A stretch of 63,101 nt of DNA, the filler included, from Octopus bimaculoides (lineage: Eukaryota): NCBI RefSeq assembly GCF_001194135.2. It is 5 parts of 5 records of this genome, joined end to end, with 100 filler letters (N's around TTAATTAATTAA, not from the genome) between each part and the next. Parts side by side here need not be neighbours in the genome. Positions count along the whole stretch, not along the records: positions 1 to 26,004 come from NC_068997.1; 4 more parts are not named here. One strand, written 5' to 3'. Positions within the stretch are counted from its first letter, which is position 1. Each line of letters opens with the position of its first letter. The notes under the pieces were generated by a model. It had not been told where the DNA came from. It saw only the letters and a list, made by a program, of their open reading frames with translations, and ran no database searches. A program made the position numbers and the translations under genes. Positions 1 to 10,991 of this stretch are shown one piece after another.

Positions 1-216
1 AAAAATATTCAGACAAATACATAACAAAAACACCAGGACTTACAAATATATATAACATACAGAAAATTGCACTACTGGGTACTGCACACATTCTACGCAA
101 AACACTTTCAATACAGTAAACATAAGAGCACCACAGCAAACCACAGCACATACCCAAGGCGCACAGAGCTGCACTCGGTAGTGAAGTGAAAGCACGTTAT
201 AAAAATAAAACTACTG
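1..216 (+). mobile_element. 3' end of an RLE-type non-LTR retrotransposon (R4/Dong-like, family B)
   Basis: Encodes ...IQKIALLGTAHILRKTLSIQ*; the 3' UTR ends CTACTG followed by (AAT)n; the same 3' end recurs inverted at 37798-37844. Confidence 0.8.
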
Positions 217-268
217 AATAATAATAATAATAATAATAATGAGAAGAAGAAGAAGAAGAAGAAGAAGA

Positions 269-837
269 GATGCGAACACAGCGTTAGAGCAGAAGAAAAC
301 AACATAGCATGGTATGTTAAAAATGCTACAGAACCACTATAATTAGAAGTAAGAAGGTCAGACTTGTGTAGGACAAAAGCTTGCAAAGATAAAGCACTGT
401 ACAAGCAATTGAAAACAAATGAAACTAAAAATGTGTAGGTAAAGAAAAGAATGCATGGACAATTTCATAGGGATGTTGAAGATAAGACAGACAGAGAAAA
501 AAGATGGCTGTGGATGACTAAAACCGATTAAAAACCGGAAACGGAGGCTCTAATCTGTGCTGCCCAAGAGCAAGCACAAAGAACAAATTACATAAAATAC
601 AGAATAGACAACACATCAAAAAGTGATAAGTGCAGAATTTGTGGACAAAATAGTAAAACCGTATGGCATATTACCAGTGAATGTACGCCACTAGCACAGA
701 AGGAATATAAGAGACGTCGTGACAATATAGCAAGGCTTGTCCATTGGACACTTTGCAACAAGTATGGACTTGATAGAGCAAAAAATTGGTACAACCACAA
801 ACCCGAAGACATCATCGAAAATGATAATGCAAAGATC
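269..837 (+). mobile_element. Internal fragment of an R4/Dong-like retrotransposon (family A; zinc knuckle region)
   Basis: Decayed ORF ...PETEALICAAQEQA...KCRICGQ...WHITSEC...HWTLCNKYG; overlaps in sequence with the copy at 38029-38642. Confidence 0.85.
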
Positions 838-1216
838 CAAGTAACTTGCAAGGCAAGATCCCTCAACTGAGGGGCAATGGTTTTGAAGCAGGTAGCTTTA
901 TGCCAGGTGAAAGAGAGGTTAAAGCATGGTAGAGAGATGAATACAAGTGTTTTGCTGTGGAAAGAGAGAAGTTACAGGAAGATTGATACAAATAGTACAG
1001 AGGGTGAGTGTGAAAGGGCAAGTGGTAGATGGACAGAGATGGGGGCAGAGGGGAATGCAGTGAATGAAGACAGGTGGAGGAATGGTCAACTGTGAATACC
1101 AGTTGGAGGGAAAGGTGAAAGAAGTAGGTGTGGGTCAGGGAGGTAACAGGTAGCAGCACTGATGAAAATAAAAACAGTACCAGACAGTAATACATACTAA
1201 TAATAAAATGAATTAC

Positions 1217-1405
1217 CTTGTCAAAACAAATAAGATCTAACTTGCCACAGAAGTTAATCCGAGGTGGACTAATACAGAATATGGCCCTCTTTTTCAGACG
1301 GTTTTGGGCATATACCATTCCAACAGTCATGGCAGCTGGTAGAGCAGGAGGGACAACAATTGTGATTATGTCCAGAGCTCGTATGATGATTTTAGAGATA
1401 GTGAG
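1217..1405 (-). CDS. ATP13A3: P5B ATPase exon: M4 (PPALP) to the start of the P domain (FDK)
   Basis: tttcag|CTC...GAC AAG|gtaatt; 189 nt, phase 0-0; [63 protein letters not shown]. Confidence 0.98.
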
Positions 1406-1469
1406 CTGAAATGAAATAGAAAAGAAAATAGTAATAGTATTGCTACATTCATTTTTTTTCCTTTTGTTA

Positions 1470-1875
1470 ATAAAAATTTATCATATGCAACAGAAGCAGT
1501 ATTCGTTTAGAACAGCCATCTGTGTATCATATTTAAAGCAGGTATTTTATTCAGCTGGCCAGCTAATTGCACTATCAGTGGATTTTCTCAATCACTGTTT
1601 TACTATGTCAGTAATGGCAGATTTTGCTTTAGCATGCAATTGTCAGTAGATACTTGCTACTCACAAAGCAGAAATGCACATTTAGCAGGGTCACCTCAGC
1701 TGCCAGACAATTTTTGTGTGTTACTGATACAGTTTTGTGTTGTCAGTTAGAGATACTATCTCAGGACAAATACCACAGTTAATTAGGCTTCCCTATGATC
1801 TATCTACTTTAAGCTTGATGCACAGATTGCTATTTTAAACTAATACTGCTTCTGTTGCACTTAACAAATTTATTT
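1470..1875. mobile_element. Fold-back/MITE-like imperfect palindrome in the intron
   Basis: Perfect 18-bp inverted repeat TGCAACAGAAGCAGTATT (1486-1503 vs 1842-1859); the next 26 bp inward match 21/26; patchy complementarity continues to the centre. Confidence 0.75.
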
Positions 1876-2160
1876 AGATATATACTTTTTTCTTTCATTT
1901 ATCTACTCACACACACACACTATATATATATATATAACCCAATGCCAGCCTTGATCCAGCAGACTGATAATCAAAGATGTTCCAAACATGACCACCTTCT
2001 ATCCAAACATAGTGCATCTAAGACTACAATATCCAGTGTGTACCTTTGAAGGTATTAATTTGAGGGAGATTTAGCTGCTATTTTCAGTGACATATATAAC
2101 TCTTCTCATATTGATAGAGTGGTTGCGATTATGTAGTTTTGGTACCTTTCAGTCACACTC

Positions 2161-2193
<33 letters not shown>

Positions 2194-2256
2194 TGAGTGT
2201 GTGAACGTGTGTGAATGCATGTTGATGGTATATTCTAAGTAAAGTGAACTACTTAC

Positions 2257-2414
2257 ATGGTGTATCATGTTGGTATATGTACTGTACCCCATTCCACATA
2301 TGGCCACTATGCAAAGAAACAGCAAGAATTTGAGAGCATCATTATAGAATTTGAAGCCGAGAGGTTTTGGAAATAAGATGGCTCTTATCAGTTCACCTTT
2401 CGCAGTGTTGAAAC
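2257..2414 (-). CDS. ATP13A3: P5B ATPase exon: end of A domain and M3
   Basis: tttcag|GT TTC...CAT|gtaagt; 158 nt, phase 1-0; (G)FNTAKGELIRAILFPKPLGFKFYNDALKFLLFLCIVAICGMGYSTYTNMIHH. Confidence 0.97.
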
Positions 2415-2849
2415 CTGAAAAAGGGAAAAAAAAAAATTCACATTATGTTATATATATAAAAAGAGACAAACATATATATCATCATTTATCATCCATGTTT
2501 TCATGCTTGCATGAGTCATATGGAATTTGTTGAGGCAGATTTTCCGCAGCTGGATGCCCTTCCTGTCATCAACTCTCACCTGTTTCCAAGTATAATAATA
2601 CACAATGACATTTTTTTCAGTTTCTGTCTGTCAAATCTATTTACAAGGGTTTGGTTGTCCCGGAGCTATAGTGGAAGATACTAATCCAAGATTCCACACA
2701 GAGAGACAGAACCCCAAACTGTGTGAGGCTGATAAAAATGATGGAGATAATAATGATGAAGACAAAGATGATGGCAATGATCATGATGATGATGATGAAG
2801 TCAAATATGAAACCTCATTAACAGTCAATATTATAGACTAATTACTTAC

Positions 2850-3008
2850 CAGTCCTAACTACTACTGCCAATACCTTGGCCTGTCCATAATACCTGGTCT
2901 GAAGGACATTGGTACCGGCAAACAAGGTGTATTTTTTGTGAATGACCGGGGAGTAAATTTCATTGTCGTGGCCACTTAGCTGAGTTTTTGTCACTGGAAC
3001 ACTTTCGC
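2850..3008 (-). CDS. ATP13A3: P5B ATPase exon: A domain (GES VPVTK)
   Basis: attcag|GC GAA AGT...ACT G|gtaagt; 159 nt, phase 1-1; (G)[52 protein letters not shown]. Confidence 0.97.
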
Positions 3009-3063
3009 CTGAATAATAATAATAATAATAGTAATAATAATAATGATGATGATGATGATGATG

Positions 3064-3459
3064 AAGCCGGACATAGTCTTAATTAAGAAAGAAAACAAAC
3101 TATGCTGGATCATTGACATAGCATGCTCAGCTGACAAGGTATGTGATAAGGAAGAAAGAAAAGTCGAGAGATATGACAGGTTAGCTTGGGAAGTTAAGCA
3201 GTTGTGGTTGATGAAAAAGGTAGTAGTAGTAGTACCAATAATTGTTGGAGCCCTGGGAACAGTGAGCAAAAATCTCAAGAAGTACGTAGAACAAATAGGG
3301 GCTGCAATAAGAGTGGAGCACTTGCAGAAAACAGCACTGCTTGGAACCACTCAAATACTCCGGAAGGTGCTTGAAAAATAAAAGGTGTTACCTTTCATTT
3401 ACTGGTAGTGAACAGCTGACACCGTAATACATCTCCAGCATTAGAAGTTGTGCAAAGGA
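3064..3459 (+). mobile_element. 5'-truncated R4/Dong-like retrotransposon (family A), RLE endonuclease and 3' UTR
   Basis: [20 protein letters not shown]...KVERYDRL...PIIVGALG...QKTALLGT (PD-D/K RLE motif); flanked by (AAT)n on both sides. Confidence 0.9.
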
Positions 3460-4189
3460 AATAATAATAATAATAATAATAATAATTATAATTGTTACAA
3501 ATTTTGGCACAAGGCCAGCAATTTTAGAGGGAGGGAGTTAGTCAATAACATCAACCTCAGTACCTCACTGGTACTTTATTTCATCAGCCCTGAAAAGATT
3601 AAAGACAAAGCTAGCCTTGTCGGGATTTGAACTCAGAATGTAAAGAGCAAGAAAAATATGCCAGTAAGCAGTTTGTCTGATATGTAATTGATTCTGCCAG
3701 CTTGCAGCATTTCTTTATTGTTTCAAATTTGGTGACAAAGCCACCAGTTTTAAGGTGAAGAGGTTAGTCAATTACATCAAACTTAGTACTTGACTGACAT
3801 TTATTTTTATCAGTCCCATAAGGAAGAGAGGCAAAGTTGACTTCAGGATAATTCGAACTCAGAATGTAAAATGCCAGGCGAAATGCTGCCAACCATTTTT
3901 GTTTCATGTGCTAGCAATTCTGTCAGCTCAGTTTCTCATTTAGGCATGAAACCAGCAATTTAGAGGGAAAAGAAAATAATCAACACCATCAACCCCCAAA
4001 TATTTCACTGGTACTTTCAGATGTAAATTTTTCAAGAAATAAAATAATTAAATAAAATTCCAAAAGACCTCCAAGAACACCACAACAGACACCACCACAC
4101 AAAAAAAAAACAACAGGAACAACAATGAAGTAAAGAATAAAACCATTAAGGGATTTTGGTATCCTGTTCATTCAATCCTTGACACTTAC

Positions 4190-4321
4190 CGGTGAGCATA
4201 CTTTCATTAACTATACAAGTTCCAGTAATAAGAACAGCATCACACTGTAGAACACATCCATGGGCAGGTATGGCTATCACATCACCAGGCACCAATGTAT
4301 TGGTATCAATTTCATCGAACC
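4190..4321 (-). CDS. ATP13A3: P5B ATPase exon: A domain (LVPGD...NESMLT)
   Basis: ttgtag|GG TTC...ACC G|gtaagt; 132 nt, phase 1-1; (R)[43 protein letters not shown]. Confidence 0.97.
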
Positions 4322-5684
4322 CTACAATGATAGATACGCACATACATATAAAAGCACATACATATAAAAGCACAAACATAGAACATAATTGTGCTTTCAA
4401 CACTATAACATATTTAAAAGAAAACCCTGTTTCCTATATATGACATTTCCAGAGACTATATCTCGGGACTCAGGGCTGGATATTAGAGATCTGAACACAG
4501 CAATNNNNNNNNNNNNNNNNNNNNNNNNNNNNNNNNNNNNNNNNNNNNNNNNNNNNNNNNNNNNNNNNNNNNNNNNNNNNNNNNNNNNNNNNNNNNNNNN
4601 NNNNNNNNNNNNNNNNNNNNNNNNNNNNNNNNNNNNNNNNNNNNNNNNNNNNNNNNNNNNNNNNNNNNNNNNNNNNNNNNNNNNNNNNNNNNNNNNNNNN
4701 NNNNNNNNNNNNNNNNNNNNNNNNNNNNNNNNNNNNNNNNNNNNNNNNNNNNNNNNNNNNNNNNNNNNNNNNNNNNNNNNNNNNNNNNNNNNNNNNNNNN
4801 NNNNNNNNNNNNNNNNNNNNNNNNNNNNNNNNNNNNNNNNNNNNNNNNNNNNNNNNNNNNNNNNNNNNNNNNNNNNNNNNNNNNNNNNNNNNNNNNNNNN
4901 NNNNNNNNNNNNNNNNNNNNNNNNNNNNNNNNNNNNNNNNNNNNNNNNNNNNNNNNNNNNNNNNNNNNNNNNNNNNNNNNNNNNNNNNNNNNNNNNNNNN
5001 NNNNNNNNNNNNNNNNNNNNNNNNNNNNNNNNNNNNNNNNNNNNNNNNNNNNNNNNNNNNNNNNNNNNNNNNNNNNNNNNNNNNNNNNNNNNNNNNNNNN
5101 NNNNNAAGGGGGAGTTTGTGTCAAAAAAGAAAAAAAAATTTTTTTTTAAGGGTGCTTTTTTTGGTGGGGGCGGGCAGAAGTCTTGCTCAATGGACACTAA
5201 CTGACGATGATGATGATACACACACATACACACATTATGTATTACAAATAAAAGAAATAATACAATAAATATAGTGAAATTTAATAGGAAAACACCAGTT
5301 GACTCATTCTGTTACTTTGTTATATGACTACACTGTATGTAGAAAGAAAATCATTGAATGAACAGCTGTTTCCATATACAGATCCACATGCATGCATATG
5401 TGCATATATATGAAAACAGCTGTTTGGATGGAAAGATGGATTGATGGGGATATCAATGTGTGAATGTTCATCAGGGTATGGTACAAAAAAAAAAAAAACT
5501 CTAAACGAAAGAATTCAATGCTGTGATGCAGAGTAATGTATGACTTGTTCGTAATTATGTTGACAAATGTACAAACTTATTTTAGTCCTTAAGGAAATTT
5601 TGAAAAACTATCAAATCTCTTTGAGAGACAAAACAAATAGATAAACAAATGAACATACTAATAAACAAATAAATGTCTTTGCAT

Positions 5685-6060
5685 GCTGGTTCTATGTAAA
5701 AAGCATCTGTCCCAGTGCCACATACAAAGCACCTATGTCAGTGCCACATAAAATGCATCAAGGCTGGTGCCATGTAAAAAAAAAAGCACCTGTGCTAGGG
5801 TCACATAACAGAGTACCCATGCCGGCACTGCACCTGTAACCAGCACTGAGTAAAACAGCACCCATGCCAGTGCCACATAGACCAGCACCTGTACTGGCAC
5901 TGCTTAAAAAAACACCCAATACACTCTGTAAAGTGGTTGGTGTTAGGAAGGGTATCCAGCCAATCAAATCATACCAAAACAGACAACTGGAACCTGGTGC
6001 AGCCCTCTGTCAAATCGTGGAATCCATGCATGGGAAACTGATGTTGAATGATGATGATGA
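5685..6060 (+). mobile_element. SINE with internal ~25-bp tandem repeats and (GAT)n tail
   Basis: Repeated TGCCAC(A/G)TAAAAGCACC-like units, shared core ACACTCTGTAAAGTGGTTGGTGTTAGGAA and a (GAT)n tail; inverted copies at 9535-9750, 11305-11490 and 14670-14790. Confidence 0.75.
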
Positions 6061-6094
6061 GCTATGTAACAACAAATTTTAAATCAACACTTAC

Positions 6095-6164
6095 GGTCAT
6101 CACTTCTGCGCACCCGAATCTTCTCCCTGGCAGAAGTGACCATATCATGTAAAGTCACGCTTTG
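6095..6164 (-). CDS. ATP13A3: P5B ATPase exon (post-M2 linker)
   Basis: catacag|CAA...GAC C|gtaagt; 70 nt, phase 0-1; QSVTLHDMVTSAREKIRVRRSDD. Confidence 0.93.
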
Positions 6165-6596
6165 CTGTATGAGACAAAAAAAGAGAGAGAGAGAGAGAGA
6201 GTGAGAAGAAGGTTAGTTTATTATAAAATTAAAAACAACAAAAGACAGGAATTTTCAAGAAACTATGAAGATAATACAAACTTATGAAGGAAAAAAAACC
6301 CTTTGACAATACCCACCCCCATCACTCAACTGATTTGCTCGCAGTATATGACTGGAGCTCTGTTTACTGACCCTAGTAAAAGACGGAATTTGCATTGAGG
6401 CAGATTTTCAACAGTTGGATGCTACTCACAAGACTTTGGTTGGCTCAGGGCTATAGTAAAATATACGTGTGCAAAGTACTTCACAGTGGAACTGAACCAG
6501 AAATCATGTGGTTGGGAAGCAAACTCCTTAACCACACAACACTACACATACATCTTTTTAGCATTCAAAGAATCCAAAGCAAATAAATGAGAGAGA

Positions 6597-6752
6597 CAGG
6601 CTTCTTTCAGTTTCCGTCTACCAAATCCACTCACAAGGCTTTGGTCGGGTCAAAGCTATAGTAGAAGACACTTGCCCAAGGTGCTACACCGTAGGACTGA
6701 ACCCAGAACCATTTAGTTGGGAAGTAAGTTTCTTACCACACAACCACTCCTG
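6597..6752 (-). mobile_element. tRNA-derived SINE (family A)
   Basis: The minus strand reads GTGGTAAGAA(A/G)CTT...GGTTCAGTCC (A/B-box-like); many copies in the window (e.g. 13957, 17941, 31003, 32673, 42130, 44540). Confidence 0.8.
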
Positions 6753-7399
6753 TATGTATGTATGTGTGCATGTATGTATTATTCTTAAACAAGAATATTA
6801 TTGGCAGTGACTTCAAAATTTCAGCTAGCTCACCCATTGTCAGACTAATGCATTAAAGTTAATCTTGGCTTAATATAGTCTCTCTTGAGTTAAAAATCTT
6901 CCTTGAGTATGTGGGTTTGAGTGGAGAGGTAGCTGGGTTGTAAGGCAGTTTGCAATAGAGAGGTGTTTAGGAGATATTCTTATTGATTACATTTGTGGTT
7001 ATATGTTTTGCTTAGAATATATATGTACATAGAATTTTGTAGATAGGTGTGTATATTCAAGTGTGTCACATTCAGGTCATGGGATTGTCTTTTAGCGGTT
7101 CACAAAAAGGACGTAGGTAGGGCTAACATGTGACAGTAGTTTTAGTTGTTGTTGGTTATATTGGATTTAATAATTAGCTTTGACAATGTAAGGATCAAAT
7201 GTTCTATGTTCAGTGCAGTATTTAAAAACTCAGTAATTGGGTGTGTCAAATTTTTTGTAATGGAAAATTTTGAAGGTTCACAAAAGAATGTAAGTAGGTA
7301 AGTACAAAAGTATAGAGTAACCTATCAGATTAATGTAAAATTGCTTTTATTACAACTGATCATACAAACATTAGTGTGTGTGTGTGTGTGTGTGTGTGG

Positions 7400-7600
7400 T
7401 CCACGATTATACAAAAACACACAAAAACAGGTGAAAGAACAACAAACAGAGTGTAATAAATGCTCAGAAAAATGGAAGTCCTTAAAGTTTTGAGCTTATG
7501 CTCTTCTACAGAGAGGAATGAGGAAAGAAAACAGATGGAGAGAGAGAAAAAATGGAGAGAGAAATGTCTGAATTAATGGTTTATATATATATATATCATG
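7400..7600 (-). mobile_element. Penelope-like pseudo-LTR remnant with a decayed hammerhead motif
   Basis: Minus strand CTGTAGA-A-GAGC ataa GCTC-AAAAC at 7487-7511; a related copy lies at 48720-48897 on the plus strand. Confidence 0.5.
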
Positions 7601-7703
7601 TGGATGAGATATTCCCCACACATCAGCTACAAACTCATCATTCACTGAGTAAATAAAAACAAAAAAAACAGTGCGACTCAGACAGAGAAATGGATGTGCT
7701 TAC

Positions 7704-7838
7704 TTTGTGGGTTTCATACAATGAGATGCTTATGGACACACAGGAAATAAAGAAGATACAACCAGCATAGTAATAATAGACATCGACAGCCCAGAGAATG
7801 ATGCTGGCTATTTGGAAGATGTAAAATGGATTGAGAAT
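7704..7838 (-). CDS. ATP13A3: P5B ATPase exon: M1-M2
   Basis: ttgcag|ATT...AAA|gtaagc; 135 nt, phase 0-0; [45 protein letters not shown]. Confidence 0.96.
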
Positions 7839-8100
7839 CTGCAAAATAATTAACAGATAATTAATTAACATTCGACAAATATGATGTGATATAATTGAAA
7901 AAAAAGCAAAAATATTTTTCTTTTGTTATTTTATTCATTTTTTCCAAGATTCCCTAAATAAGTGGAAAGTATTTTTTTTTTTAAGGATCTCTTTTCAAAC
8001 TGCAAACACTCAATTGTGAAGAGTGAAACTTTTATTCAGGTAGGCAGACTGAGGTAAGGAGATTTTATATGCTATACACAATTGACATATGACAATTGTG

Positions 8101-8427
8101 GCAAGTTTTGAACACATGAACATGGAGTGAGTAGTCCAGTATCTTAACCACACAACTATTGTAAGGTTTGAACACCTGACCATTGAGTTAGTAATTCAGG
8201 ACATTAACCACACAGCTATTGCATCTATAGCAAGGTTTGAACACCTGACCATGGAGTCAGTAATCCAGTACTTTAACCATATAGCTATTGTGTCTATAGT
8301 AAGGTTTGAACACATGACCATGGAGTTATTAGCTCAGGACCTTAACCACGCAGCTATTGTATCTACAGTAAGGATTGAACATATGACCAGGGAGTCAGCA
8401 GTCCAGTACCTTAACCACATGGCTATT
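8101..8427 (-). repeat. Tandem array of five tRNA-like units (periods 60, 69, 69, 69 bp)
   Basis: Units start at 8101, 8161, 8230, 8299 and 8368; each reads on the minus strand TAGCT..TGGTTAA...GTTCAAACC (A-box/B-box-like). Confidence 0.75.
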
Positions 8428-9534
8428 GGTCTAAAAAAATATGAAAGTATATACCTGGTGCAACAATGTGCAGCAGCATGCAACAATATGGAACACATTT
8501 AATTCAAGCCAGTGAAGGAGCTCCTTTACAATGGCACAACTAGCTAGAAATAACAGCCAAATCTCCCTCAAATCAAAGCCTACTGTTTAAAAAAAATTCA
8601 CATTGAATAATGCAGTCACAGCTATGTAAAAATAGATCGCATGGTCACAACTAGAACATCTCTGATCAATAGATCAATATACTTTCTGAATAGCTTGATG
8701 TGGGATGGTCACAGCTGGATCGCCTTTGATCATAAAACTGCTCAATCAAAGGTTGACTTGGGCCTAAACAACATTAAAGGGCAAAATGAATTATGTAGCC
8801 CAAGGTATACTGTCTCTGAATAAAATGACAGAATGAAGGTGGTTAGAACACAGATCTGCTCTTAAGAAGCTGACCAAAAGAAAAACAAGATGCCTTTTTT
8901 TTGTTGTTGTTTTGTTTTGCTTTTTCCAGAAATTTATTCTTTCATTGTTTTGTTTATTTCAATCAATGGATCGTTACCATACTGGAGCACTGCCTTGAAA
9001 GATTTAGTACTTATTCCTTTTAGGTCTGGTATTATTCTGTTCGGTTACTTTTGCTGAACTGCTAAGTTACAGGGATGTAAACAAACTAACACCAGTTGCC
9101 AAGCATTGAAAGACAGGGACACACACACACGCGCGCACATACATATTCATGTAAATTCATGTTCAACATGGTCGAATGCAGTCAGACATGAGAAGACTTT
9201 CCATTGCAGAGATAGTTTTGAAAGAAAAAAATCTCCTCTTTGCTATGTGTGAAAACACAAGATGGACTGTGAATGATGCATGCATTATTGTGTTGTTTCA
9301 CTTTATCAGCTGTGAACACCAAATCTGTCATTTACAGCTCAATAACACTAGGCTAGGCTTCCACACAGTTTCCAGCAATCATATTCATTTACAAGATATT
9401 GGTCAGCCCAGGACTATAGTAGAAGACACTTGCCCCCCACGGTGCTGCACAGAAAGACTGAACCTGAAACCATGTGGTTGCAAAGCAAACTTCTTAATCA
9501 CACAGCTGGTCCTGGGCTTTCTGAAAGATTTTCA

Positions 9535-9750
9535 CCATCATCATCATCATCTTCATATCATCAATATTTAACAACCATTTTCCATGCTAGAATGAGTTGG
9601 ATGGCTTGACAGGAACTTCACCAGGTTCCATAGTCTGTTTTGGCTTGGTTTCTACAACTGGATGCCTTTCCTAACACCAACCACTTTACAGAGTGTACTG
9701 GGTGCTTTTTACATGGCACCAGCACCCACATCTATGTTTTTTACATGGCA
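9535..9750 (-). mobile_element. SINE of the (GAT)n-tailed family, inverted relative to 5685-6060
   Basis: 9668-9696 is the exact reverse complement of 5921-5949; (CAT)n at its left end. Confidence 0.75.
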
Positions 9751-9827
9751 CCTTAGTTTTGATATTTGAAAAAATATATTTGGAAAAAGAAAATCCTAAA
9801 GAAAGTTGAAAAAAGAAGCAATCTTAC

Positions 9828-9897
9828 CTCATATATAAGAAGTTTCCAGTAAGACTTCACTTCAATGATGATGTCATTACTTCCATAGATCTGACGT
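9828..9897 (-). CDS. ATP13A3: P5B ATPase exon (YG-N motif of the cation ATPase N region)
   Basis: taacag|A CGT...GAG|gtaaga; 70 nt, phase 2-0; RQIYGSNDIIIEVKSYWKLLIYE. Confidence 0.92.
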
Positions 9898-10284
9898 CTG
9901 TTAAATAAAGAAATAAATAAAAAAAAGAAATGTAAGGTAACCTACAAATGCCATAACGGAAGGGTGACAATGTCGTTGGCATGATAGAGTTTGAACCATT
10001 GAAGCTTCAATCTGCAGATCAGTCATTGTCAAAGAAACTGTTAGGTTAAATTTTCAGTGGGTACTACTCATTTACTCGTTTCAGTCATTAGACTGGCCAA
10101 GCTGTGACACCAACCTTAATAGTTATTAACATTGGATACTAATTTATTCAAGCTTTATGTCTTGAAGTCACAAAGTTATGATTTCAACATAGAGGAACAC
10201 AACAGTACATACTGGTAAATAAAAACACCCTCAGGGACATATATGCATCAATGCACACACTCATGCACACATATAATAATAATG

Positions 10285-10322
<38 letters not shown>

Positions 10323-10913
10323 CCTTTCTATTATAGGCACAAGGCCTGAAATTTTGTGGGAAATGGCTAGATTACATCAATTCCAGTACTAAACTGGTAT
10401 TTTGTTTTATTGATCTCAAAAGATGAAAGCAAAGTTGATCTTGTGCTGACAATTCTGCCAGCTTGCTGTCTTAATAGTAACATTACTACTACTAATAATA
10501 ATGGTTTCAAATTTTGGCATTAGGCCAGATATTGTAGTGGGAGGAGGAGTTAGTTGATTACATCAACCCAAGTACTTAACTGGTACTTACATTATTGACC
10601 CCAAAAGGATGAAAGGCAAAAATCAACCTCAGCTGAATTTGAAGTCTCAACATAAAGAGCAAGAAGAAATATCACAAAGCATTTTGTCTGAGTTGAGGAC
10701 TCTACCAGCTCAATGTGTTGTTCATCTTGATATGAGGTCACCATGTTGTGCACATATGGTTGTGATGCATGTGCTTGGTGTAGCCTTATCTGACAGGTAA
10801 TCATGATGGATGTATTGGGTTTCAAATATTTGTACCTCAGTGTCACTTTGATGGCATGCACTGCTCTCTCACTCAATAATAATAATGATATATGAGAATG
10901 GTGGAAAACTTAC

Positions 10914-10991
10914 TTTTGTGCTTGTACGTCTTTGCTGAGTCCATGGAAATCTTCTAGGAGTGATTTACAATAAATGTTGGTGGAAAGATCT
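10914..10991 (-). CDS. ATP13A3: P5B ATPase exon (N-terminal domain)
   Basis: ctccag|A GAT...CAA AA|gtaagt; 78 nt, phase 2-2; DLSTNIYCKSLLEDFHGLSKDVQAQ(K). Confidence 0.9.

Noticed and set aside
5105-5200. Homopolymer-rich G/A/T stretch after a gap
   Set aside because: It looks like low-quality read-end sequence.
8101-8427. Functional tRNA genes or a CRISPR-like array
   Set aside because: The units lack acceptor stems and full cloverleaves. There are no unique spacers, and the context is eukaryotic.
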